This document shows, piece after piece, positions 28,672 to 36,301 of a stretch of DNA of 58,979 bases. The stretch is taken from assembly GCA_903912485.1 (NCBI GenBank), contig CAIWHR010000076.1:1-58979 (forward strand), written 5' to 3'. The notes below the pieces were generated by a model. It was not told where the DNA came from. It did not search any database and saw only the letters and a program-made list of their open reading frames with translations. A program made the translations under genes and the position numbers. This stretch comes from an uncultured beta proteobacterium (GTDB taxonomy: Bacteria; Pseudomonadota; Gammaproteobacteria; Burkholderiales; Casimicrobiaceae). The first letter of the stretch is position 1; each line of letters opens with the position of its first letter.

Positions 28672-28923
28672 GGTATATCCCTTTCCTCAAGGCCGCCACG
28701 CTTCCATGATCGGATTTGAGCGGCGCGATGACCGATCATGTCGTTTCTCTTCAGAGGCGACCTCGTCTGTCGCGGCGCTGAGGTAGGGCCGGACCTGGGA
28801 GGGGTGTCGTGACTGGTGGAGCTTTGACCATCGATTGCCGACTGATGTGTCAGCCAAGAGTCGATCCAATATCGAAAGGTATCCGTTGCGCGGCCACTGC
28901 CCCAAGAAGTGGTCGCGGAAATT

Positions 28924-29400
28924 TGAACGATGCGATAAGTGGAAACTCTGGGTATAACGTTGGACCGAGAGCGGTCTGGCACAGGAGAGTTTCTGATGGT
29001 GAAGAAGAAGGCATCGGCGCGCCGTACGCGCCGCACGCACAGCGCGGCGTTCAAAGCCCGGGGGGCGTTGGCCGCGTTGCGCGAAGACAAGACCCTGGCC
29101 GAGCTGTGCGAACAGTTCGAGCTGCATCCCAACCAGATCACCGAATGGAAGCGGCAGTTGCTGGAGCGCGCCGCCGAGGTGTTTGACGCCGGCGCGCGGC
29201 CGGAGGCGGTGAACTTGGCGCCGCTGCACGCCAAGATCGGGCAACTCGCGCTGGGGAATGATTTTTTAGAAAGCGCGCTCAACAAGGCGGGATTGCTGAG
29301 CGCAAAGCGATGATCGACCGTGACCACGTACTCAGCATCACGCGCCAGGCCCAGTTGCTGAACATCAGTCGGGGGACGGTGTACTACCTGCCCCAGCCGA
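28924..29400 (+). mobile_element. IS3-family remnant (left end, orfA, first ~30 codons of orfB)
   Basis: Begins TGAACGATG.. (IS3-type TG end; boundary is a guess). orfA is intact. orfB starts by ATGA overlap ([30 protein letters not shown]) and then loses similarity. Confidence 0.65.
28996..29313 (+). CDS. IS3-family transposase OrfA (HTH)
   Basis: [91 protein letters not shown] is typical IS3/IS911-type OrfA. Confidence 0.8.
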   Translation: MVKKKASARRTRRTHSAAFKARGALAALREDKTLAELCEQFELHPNQITEWKRQLLERAAEVFDAGARPEAVNLAPLHAKIGQLALGNDFLESALNKAGLLSAKR

Positions 29401-29689
29401 AGACGTCGAGGTCTGGGGCACGCGATCCTAGCGACTACGAGAAAGCGGTCGCGTAATCGACATTGTGCATGCAATCTGGAGCGGAGAGCAGTTGGTGATC
29501 GGCGGGGTCTGGCGCAAGGTTATGGCGGCGCACCTGAAACCGTGCACGAGCCAGGCGCCTTGGCGCGATTTGCAGCATCCCTGGCGCGCCGAACTAGTTC
29601 TCGCCGAGACGCTCAACCACGAGCGCCCAAGACTGATGACGACGGTGGCTGCCTTCGACGGCTACGTCGAAGCACTGGGCAAGGCGTCC

Positions 29690-30040
29690 AGCACCTGCCT
29701 TGGTGAGGTTCGACGGCATCCGTTACTCGGCCCCGTGCGAACTGGTCGGGCAGTTGGTCAGCGTGCGGACCTACCCGGAGCGGATCGAGATCCCGCCCAT
29801 GACCGGGTAGTGGCGAGTCACGAGCGGTCCTTCGAGCACAACCAGACGTGCTACGAGTGGCAGCATTGCCTTCCGCTGATCGAACGCAAGCCCCGCGCCC
29901 TGCGCGACGGCTCACCGTTTGCCGACTTGCCGGAATCGCTGCTGCGTCTGCGCGGGTTGCTGTTGCCGCGCCATGGCCAAGGTGCTGACGGTGGGGTCCA
30001 AGGCTGGATTGGAGGCCGTGCTCATAGTGGTCAGCCTCCC
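29690..30040 (+). pseudogene. IS21-family IstA transposase C-terminal fragment (frameshifted)
   Basis: Spread over two or three frames: VRFDGIRYSAPCELVGQLVSVRTYPERIEI, then VVASHERSFEHNQTCYEWQHCLPLIERKPRALRDGSPFADLPE, then MAKVL..GLEAVL. Boundaries are approximate. Confidence 0.6.
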
Positions 30041-31009
30041 GTCCATCAGAGCCGGGGGCCATGGGCTCGTGTTTGCATCCTTCGCCACATCGATCGGTTC
30101 GCTAACCCCCGGCGCATAGGTCAACCGCACCAGACACTCCTCCGCCCCATCGCTGACAGCCCGCAATGCCATCTCCCTCGCCAATCTCGCCCCGACCCGA
30201 TCGATGTGCGTCGGGTCCTTCCCGTACAGCGCTCCACCCCCAATGGGAATCCGCGGCCCGTAGTAATCCATCACCAGCTTGCGCCCGGTCTGGCCGTTGT
30301 CGCCATCGCTGCCGCCGTTGAGCGGCGGCCCGTTGGGGTTGAGCATCAGTTCGACCTCCTCCCAAGGCGCACACCAGCGCCGATCCGCCAGCCGAATCCG
30401 CCGATACGCATCCTCCAGCGTCCCCGCGATGGCCGTGCACAGGTCGAGGAACGACGTTTCCGGTCGCTGCTGCAGCGTGACCAGAACGTGCTCCAGCAGC
30501 CAGCGGTTGCCCTCCTCGCGCACCCGCACGATCAGCTTCCCGTCCGGCCCCTGTCCCTTGAGCCGACCGGACCGACACGACACGAACAGTGCATCGCGGA
30601 ACTCCCGCGCCAGCCAGTGCTCGATGGGCAGCCAGTCGACCTTGGCGTCGTAGCCCGCCCAGCCGATGCAGATGGCCTGATCGTTGACCTTGGCGGTCCA
30701 CTGCGTGGGGTCGCCGATCACCCGGCAGACGGTGTCGGTCACCCGGTACTGGCGGGCGTCGATGTGATTGCCAGCGGTGTAGCCGATGCCAATGCCGGTG
30801 GCGACGACGATGTCGGCGAAGTCCACCGGGATCGGCCGCCGGGTGCACACGCCGCCGGTCAGGAATACCTGATCGGACCAGACCGACATCTCGACCTGGC
30901 CGTAGCCGTCGGCGTCGACCTTCAGCACCTCGCCGATGATGGCGTCGGCGGCGGCGTCGCAGAACTTGTCGGGATGTCCGGGCAGCACGAATTCGGAGAC
31001 GCGGATCAT
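29912..31009 (-). CDS. divergent MetK-fold (S-adenosylmethionine synthetase-like) protein, 3-prime end probably replaced by IS debris
   Basis: ATG 31009 inside the 767-aa ORF-track entry. Collinear with E. coli MetK motifs: SEFVLPGHPDKFCDAAADAII, VEMSVWSDQVFLTGG, NDQAICIGWAG, GPDGKLIV, LNPNGPPLNGGSDGDNGQTGRKLVMDYYG, GGGALYGKDPTHIDRVGARLARE, YAPGVSEPIDV. Similarity ends near 30086. The last ~58 codons lie opposite the IS21 fragment and look non-native. Confidence 0.75.
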   Translation of the reverse strand: MIRVSEFVLPGHPDKFCDAAADAIIGEVLKVDADGYGQVEMSVWSDQVFLTGGVCTRRPIPVDFADIVVATGIGIGYTAGNHIDARQYRVTDTVCRVIGDPTQWTAKVNDQAICIGWAGYDAKVDWLPIEHWLAREFRDALFVSCRSGRLKGQGPDGKLIVRVREEGNRWLLEHVLVTLQQRPETSFLDLCTAIAGTLEDAYRRIRLADRRWCAPWEEVELMLNPNGPPLNGGSDGDNGQTGRKLVMDYYGPRIPIGGGALYGKDPTHIDRVGARLAREMALRAVSDGAEECLVRLTYAPGVSEPIDVAKDANTSPWPPALMDGRLTTMSTASNPALDPTVSTLAMARQQQPAQTQQRFRQVGKR

Positions 31010-31125
31010 GCGGGCACCTTGTCGAGTTGGGTGTAGGGGATGCCGGCGCGCTTCAGTTGCGCCGGGTTGCCGTCGCGGGTGACGAGCGCGGTGAGGCGCG
31101 TGCCGGCAAGAGCGAGGCGCACCGC

Positions 31126-32391
31126 CTAGCGCTCGACCGCCTCGATGTAGCCGTCGGTCAGCACGATCGCCGCCGCCGGCCGGGTGCGGGCGACGTGTTC
31201 CAGCACGCAGCCCATCGATGTGCCGCCGGTGGTCTGTGCCTTCAACTGGCCGCGCTCGATCACCGCCGGCGCGACCACGTCGGAGAACGCCCAGAACGGC
31301 CGGCGAATCCACTTCGAGACACGGGCGAGCAGCGCGATCACCAGCGGCATCTCGGCGTTCATCGAGCCGGACACGTCGAGATAGACGTGGGCGCTGCCCT
31401 CCCGCTTGGGCGAGAAACCCTCCCACAGCGCCTCGGGCAGGAACGGCGACCACTGCGCGCGCAGGAACGCCCGCCGATCGCGCGGGGAAAGCACCGGGAT
31501 GCGGTAGGCGTGCGGCTGGTCGCGCTGCGCCCGCGAGCGCGGGTCCGGCAGCAGGTGCTCGCGCAGCACCGCCAGCGTGCGTCGCTGCCAGCGCTCCAGC
31601 GGCTCGTTGCGGGACGACACGATGGCCTCGTACGCATTGGCACCGACGCCGCGGCGCTTCGGCGAGCGCCAGATGCCGCTGCCGTTCATCTCGCGCAGCA
31701 CTTGGTCGAGTGCCTCCGCCAGCGCGTCCGGCAGGCGGGCGGACGGGTCGTCGTGATTGCCGAGCATCCGATTGAAGTCGGCATCGCCTGCTCGCAACGT
31801 GAACGGCCCCGTGTCGCGGCATGCGACGCCGGGACCGGCCGCCGGCTTCACGGCCCCGAGTTCCTCGGCCAGCGCCTCGATGTCGTCGGCGAGCAGCGTT
31901 CCCGCGTACAGCCCCCGCCAGGCGCACACCCATGCCGGCCACTTGGCGCACGGGCCGAATCCCTCCAGATAGTGCCGCGACTCGCGCTCGTCCATCGGCC
32001 GCAGCAGCTTGGCCAACCCGGGCGCGTCGGCGTAGTAGCGGCTCATCATCGCCGAGTACGCGCTGCCGTGCTCGCGGTGGATGATGGCGTTGATCACGGC
32101 GTCGAGCGCCAGGTGGCGGGCGCGGGTGAAGGGCTTGCGCTCCTCGGTGTGGCGCAGCAGGACGTGCAGGAACTCGTGGCAGAGCAGCGCCTTGACCTCG
32201 GCGTCGTCGCGGCAATGGGCGGCGACGAAATCGAGGTTGACCAGAAGCCGCGGGCGCTCCTCGCAGGTCACCGCCAGCGTGGGCACGTCGGCGGTGAATT
32301 CGACGCCGAGGATGCGCAGCACGGCGCGGATGGCGAACGGGTTCTCGTCGATCAGCTCGGCGAGGATGGTGCGGAAGCGGATGGCGTTCAT
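31126..32391 (-). CDS. HExxH metallopeptidase-like + vWA (MIDAS) protein, second copy of this architecture
   Basis: ATG 32391 (MNAIRFRTILAEL) overlaps the stop of the 151-aa gene (ATGA). HExxH in LLCHEFLHVLLRH. vWA/MIDAS motifs VYLDVSGSMN, TGGTSMG, IVLTDGYIE. Confidence 0.85.
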   Translation of the reverse strand: MNAIRFRTILAELIDENPFAIRAVLRILGVEFTADVPTLAVTCEERPRLLVNLDFVAAHCRDDAEVKALLCHEFLHVLLRHTEERKPFTRARHLALDAVINAIIHREHGSAYSAMMSRYYADAPGLAKLLRPMDERESRHYLEGFGPCAKWPAWVCAWRGLYAGTLLADDIEALAEELGAVKPAAGPGVACRDTGPFTLRAGDADFNRMLGNHDDPSARLPDALAEALDQVLREMNGSGIWRSPKRRGVGANAYEAIVSSRNEPLERWQRRTLAVLREHLLPDPRSRAQRDQPHAYRIPVLSPRDRRAFLRAQWSPFLPEALWEGFSPKREGSAHVYLDVSGSMNAEMPLVIALLARVSKWIRRPFWAFSDVVAPAVIERGQLKAQTTGGTSMGCVLEHVARTRPAAAIVLTDGYIEAVER

Positions 32392-32843
32392 GCGTAGAAC
32401 CCCGTCGGATCGAAGAGTTCGAGCCGCCGCAGCAGCGCCGCCTGCGTCCACAGCACCGGCCGGGCCGGGTCGTAGAGTTGCGCGGTGCACAGTCCCAGCA
32501 TCAGCGCGTGCCAGAGCACGTCGCGCGCGGCGCCGCTGACGAGGTCGACCACGCCGCTGTGCAGGCGGTGCGGGCGGGCGACGAGGCGCTGGCCGGGGAT
32601 GTCGAACTCGCCGATCAGATCCTCGGGGGAGCCGAAGCCCTGATCGTTGAGTACCTGGGTGACCAGCTCGACCGGATCGCCCGCCGGAAAGTCGATCCCG
32701 AGGCGGACGATGCGCGGGCAGCGGACAAGGCGCTCGTCGTTGCCCAGCAGCGTCGAGTGGATCACCTCGCGGCGGGTGCGGCTCATCGGGCCGCCGGTGT
32801 TGGCGTAGCGGTCAATGCCGCGGGCGAGGTCGGGCAGCATCAT
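32388..32843 (-). CDS. 151-aa protein of unknown function, translationally coupled on both sides
   Basis: This is the last 151 codons of the 715-aa ORF-track entry. ATGATG 32838-32843 overlaps the AAA+ TGA, and its own TGA overlaps the next ATG. No motif recognised. Confidence 0.6.
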   Translation of the reverse strand: MMLPDLARGIDRYANTGGPMSRTRREVIHSTLLGNDERLVRCPRIVRLGIDFPAGDPVELVTQVLNDQGFGSPEDLIGEFDIPGQRLVARPHRLHSGVVDLVSGAARDVLWHALMLGLCTAQLYDPARPVLWTQAALLRRLELFDPTGFYA

Positions 32844-34234
32844 GCCAGCCGCCGCGCTCGCAGCACCTCGATGCAAGCCTCGATGTCGCGCTCCAGTTCG
32901 GCCGGCTTGGCCGGCTGCAGCCTCGACACCATGCACCACGAGAAGAACTGCTGCGCCCGCTCGGCGCGCGTGCCCTGCAACCCGGCGAGCACCTTGGCGA
33001 TGCGCGCGACTTCGGGATGGCTGGTGTTCGTCTCGTTGAAGCGCTCGCTCCAGGTGACCTCGCCGTCGACCGACAGGATCGGTGCCGCCACCTTGGCGAG
33101 GTCGTTGATCCCTTCCGCGCCGATCGGCAGGCGGCCCAGCGCCGCCGCCGGGTAGACGGCGAAGGCGAAGGCCCCGGCGCGTTCCTTCGACTCGGCCGCC
33201 AGGCACTGCGCGATCGCCTGCGAGCCGGCGTCCGCGGTCTTGGCATTGTCGAGCAGCAGCGCCAGCTTGCGGTCGAGCCGCGTCTCGGTCAGGAACGCAT
33301 GAACCCATGCGTCGGAGGCATTCGCGGCGCTGTCCCACGCGGCACGGTGCGCGGCGGCGATCGCCTCGGCCGCCGGCTGCTCGCCCCAGCAGGCGTGCGG
33401 CAGGCTGCAGGTGAGCACGCTGCGGAAGAGCCGCTCCCTGGTCTTGCCGGTGACGATGGTGGCGGCGAGAAGGCTGCGCGCGATCAGGCGCGCCCGCCGC
33501 GGCGAGATGCGGATGCCGCCGGCGTTGAGCGCTGTCGTGACCGCGACGGCGTAGGCGACGACCAACGGCGGCAACGCCTGCAGGCTCTGCTCGAAGATCG
33601 CGCGCCAGCCATCGACCTCCTTGCGCAGCGCGCCGCCGTCGCTGGCGATGCGGCCTTCTCCGCTGGGATCGGCCACACCCCGGCGCTCGTCCTCGCTCAG
33701 GTCCGCCCAATCGGCCGCGGTGACGAACAGCGCAAAGCGGTCCGCCAGCGCAGGATCGAGCGGCTCCGACCCGGCGTAGTCCTGCACGCTCGACTGATCC
33801 GAAGAGCACGGATTCATCGCCGCCCAGCGCCAGCGCAGGCAGGGCAGGGCAATGCCCTGCACCCGGCGCTCGTGCACCAGCGAGAACAGGCGATTCTGGT
33901 GCTCGGGCTTGCAGCGGCTGATTTCGTCGATCAGCACCGACTCCGCGCCCCAGACCGTGGCCGGCGTCTCGAGGAAGCGCACGCCGGAGCCGTCGGGGTC
34001 GGGATACGGGAAGCCGATCAGGTCGTCGAACGAAATCAGGCTGGCGTTGTAGTGCCGGTGCTCGAGGCCCAGCGTTTCGGACAGCGTGTTGAGCAGGTAG
34101 GTCTTGCCGGTGCCCGAAGGACCGATCAGCAGCAGCGGATCTTCGGTGACGAGCGCAGCCAGAATGACGGGTTCGACGGCGTCGAAGCCAAAGACGCCGA
34201 GCCGCGCCAGGCGCGACGGTGCGGATGCTTTCAC
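32840..34234 (-). CDS. MoxR-type AAA+ ATPase with ~250-aa helical C-terminal extension
   Basis: GTG 34234 with AGAGGAG 7 nt upstream (VKASAPSRLARLG). Walker A LLLIGPSGTGKTYLL, Walker B VLIDEISRCKPEHQNRLFSLVHER, then AAMNP. Confidence 0.85.
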   Translation of the reverse strand: MKASAPSRLARLGVFGFDAVEPVILAALVTEDPLLLIGPSGTGKTYLLNTLSETLGLEHRHYNASLISFDDLIGFPYPDPDGSGVRFLETPATVWGAESVLIDEISRCKPEHQNRLFSLVHERRVQGIALPCLRWRWAAMNPCSSDQSSVQDYAGSEPLDPALADRFALFVTAADWADLSEDERRGVADPSGEGRIASDGGALRKEVDGWRAIFEQSLQALPPLVVAYAVAVTTALNAGGIRISPRRARLIARSLLAATIVTGKTRERLFRSVLTCSLPHACWGEQPAAEAIAAAHRAAWDSAANASDAWVHAFLTETRLDRKLALLLDNAKTADAGSQAIAQCLAAESKERAGAFAFAVYPAAALGRLPIGAEGINDLAKVAAPILSVDGEVTWSERFNETNTSHPEVARIAKVLAGLQGTRAERAQQFFSWCMVSRLQPAKPAELERDIEACIEVLRARRLA

Positions 34235-34531
34235 TATGCTTCTCCTCTTTAGCGGCGATTGCGCGAAGGCGCGGGGGCCGCAAGCCGGAAACAAATCCCC
34301 CGGCCCGTGACGTGGGCCAGCCGTGGTGCAGATTCAGTATGCTCGGGTGGTGGCTCACAGAGTGAGCCTGATTTCGAATCTTTGCCTGACTCCCCGAGTC
34401 TTCAGGAAATACGGCCCGATGTCGCCGGAAGGCCCGGTCCCGCAAACTTCGCGGATGTCGTGCCTCCCCCGTCGGTCGCTCATTGCGCCGGGAACGCCCG
34501 GAGCGCGTGCTCAACGGCCCCAAGAGGCGGC

Positions 34532-35032
34532 TCATTCAGCCAATCGGTGACCAAACCCATCCTCGACGCCATGCATCGCCGCACGGAATCCGCGCACGTC
34601 GACCAGCGCGTTGTGACGCGGGCCGTGCGTTGCGGCCCAGGCATCGAGCTGGCGCTCGAAGGACTCTTCGATCGCGGAATCCTTCCAGGTCAAGCGGCGA
34701 CCGTGGACTCCGTGCTGGTTAGGCAGGTCGTCGAACAGCCCCGACAGCAGCCGCCAGTCGGCGCGAAGGTCGTAGATTACCGTCACCGGCTCGCCCAGGC
34801 TTGCCAGCCAGCCAGGAAGCACCTCTCGCAGCTGGGCGCGGGACATCGATACGTCCCGGCTTCGGAGAAGGTGCGGCAGCACGTTGTTGACCACAAAGTC
34901 GTTGCAATCTTCGAGGGTCCAGTTGTCGGTGACCTCGGCGTAGAACTCGCGGCCGTCGTCGGCCACCAGTGCGATGGAGATCAGGGCTGGCCGGTCCATG
35001 CTCGAGAATTCGGTGTCGAGATAGCAACGCAT
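34532..35032 (-). CDS. DEDDh 3-prime-5-prime exonuclease (DnaQ/RNase T-like)
   Basis: MRCYLDTEFSS (Exo I), central acidic motif, HNALVDVRG (H-x4-D, Exo III). 166 aa. Confidence 0.75.
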   Translation of the reverse strand: MRCYLDTEFSSMDRPALISIALVADDGREFYAEVTDNWTLEDCNDFVVNNVLPHLLRSRDVSMSRAQLREVLPGWLASLGEPVTVIYDLRADWRLLSGLFDDLPNQHGVHGRRLTWKDSAIEESFERQLDAWAATHGPRHNALVDVRGFRAAMHGVEDGFGHRLAE

Positions 35033-35255
35033 CCGGCGTTTTCGTCAATTTGCGGCCTATTGTGCCCTCGACACCCTGGCGATGGTGAAGCTGTGGCAGT
35101 TCCTCTCCAGCCGAAAGGGCATAAAGGTGTAGTCTGAATGACCGTGGTTGCCGCTCGATGAGGGAAGCATGGCGCGAGTGAACGACACGCCATATCATGT
35201 TAAGCGAAAATCGGGTCGTCATCGTGGTTGACGCCCCCCCCGTTGGACGTCTGAC

Positions 35256-35406
35256 GCTTTAGCTGCATTTGTTGATCGCCCGCAAGTGGTCGGTAAATCG
35301 GCGACGCGCGCAACAAAAAACCCGCTCAGCTCGGCCAAAGCGGGTTGCGCACCCCCTTTAGCTGATTTGCTTCGGCGCCCGCAAGCAGGGACGTAAATCG
35401 GCGCCG
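35256..35406. repeat. two ~51-bp imperfect direct repeats flanking a terminator
   Basis: 35256-35306 is ctttagctgcatttgttgatcgcccgcaagtggtcggtaaatcggcgacgc. 35355-35406 is ctttagctgatttgcttcggcgcccgcaagcagggacgtaaatcggcgccgc. Each has an internal stem (TCGCC..GGCGA versus CGGCGCC..GGCGCCG) with one compensatory change. Confidence 0.6.
35312..35345 (-). terminator. Rho-independent terminator of the 90-aa gene
   Basis: On the minus strand: AACCCGCT - 12 nt loop - AGCGGGTT followed by TTTTTTGTT. Confidence 0.6.
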
Positions 35407-35448
35407 CTTCAATCGTACGCCCCCTTTGCCACGTCGGTCACCCCCCTC

Positions 35449-35721
35449 TCAGCCACGCTCCGGTGCCCGCCGGATTCCGAGGTCCGGGAATCGGATCGAC
35501 GCGTTGTGCTCGCTCCCGGTGGAGTACTCGAGCCGGTTGGGGTGCTGCGCTCCGTGGACGCTCGCCAGGGTATTGACGGCCAGCACGGCGAGTTCCTCCA
35601 GCGGCGCGGGATTGGCGAGGTCGAGGAAGTAGTTCGGCGACCCGTCCGGCAAGAATCCGAACTCGTCCGGCAGGTTGGTCGGCGCATCCCAGCGCCTGAC
35701 CGCGAAGGGATTCCCTTCCAT
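35449..35721 (-). CDS. hypothetical protein (90 aa)
   Basis: Clean ORF with coding-like composition, followed by the terminator at 35312-35345. No motif recognised. Confidence 0.5.
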   Translation of the reverse strand: MEGNPFAVRRWDAPTNLPDEFGFLPDGSPNYFLDLANPAPLEELAVLAVNTLASVHGAQHPNRLEYSTGSEHNASIRFPDLGIRRAPERG

Positions 35722-35902
35722 TCAGGCTCCTTCGGCACCTCGGTCCAGATGCCGTTCTGACCCGTCCCTCCTATGGACAGCGTTCAAACTCGCGCTGAAC
35801 TGTCGATCGATTCTCATGAAGGAAAGAGAAAACATTCTCGAGCGGAGGTGGCCGTCGAGTACCTGATGTAGAAATCCGGGATCTGGGCTAGTCTTTGCGT
35901 CT

Positions 35903-36292
35903 ATGGAATGTCCATTCTGCAACTTTCCGGCGGGTCGCGTGATTGCCAAGAGTCCCCGAGCCATGGTCGTTCGCGACGCTTATCCCGTTGCGCCGGGCCA
36001 TACGCTGATAATTCCCGCGCGCCACGTGGACTCCTTCTTTGCACTGGGTCCCGACGAACGGATGGAGCTTCTCGGACTGCTCGATCGAGCCAGGGAACAG
36101 CTGGACGCGGAATTTCGTCCCGACGCCTACAACATCGGCATCAATGACGGCACTGCCGCCGGCCAGACCATCCCTCACGTCCATATCCACCTCATCCCAC
36201 GCTACCGGGGTGACTGCGCCGACCCGCGCGGCGGAATCCGCTGGATCGTGCCGGCCAAGGCCGACTACTGGACCCCGCGCGAGACTCCGTAG
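35903..36292 (+). CDS. HIT-family (histidine triad) nucleotide hydrolase/transferase
   Basis: MECPFCNF.., PVAPGHTLIIPARH, and the histidine triad IPHVHIHLIPR. 129 aa. Ends 9 nt before the next gene. Confidence 0.85.
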   Translation: MECPFCNFPAGRVIAKSPRAMVVRDAYPVAPGHTLIIPARHVDSFFALGPDERMELLGLLDRAREQLDAEFRPDAYNIGINDGTAAGQTIPHVHIHLIPRYRGDCADPRGGIRWIVPAKADYWTPRETP

Positions 36293-36301
36293 GACATTCG
36301 G

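Noticed and set aside
29465-31036. 523-aa plus-strand ORF spanning the IS21 fragment and the antisense of the MetK-like gene
   Set aside because: Only residues around 29.7-29.95 kb resemble IstA. The rest is antisense to a frame that aligns with MetK motif by motif.
31010-32215. Upstream 400 codons of the 767-aa minus-strand ORF (29912-32215)
   Set aside because: Arg/Ala/Gly-rich, and overlaps the vWA gene in another frame. MetK similarity begins exactly at the internal ATG at 31009.
32844-34535. Upstream part of the 715-aa minus-strand ORF (32388-34535)
   Set aside because: It overlaps the AAA+ gene, which has clear Walker motifs in another frame. Only the last 151 codons, which start at an ATG overlapping the AAA+ stop, look genuine.
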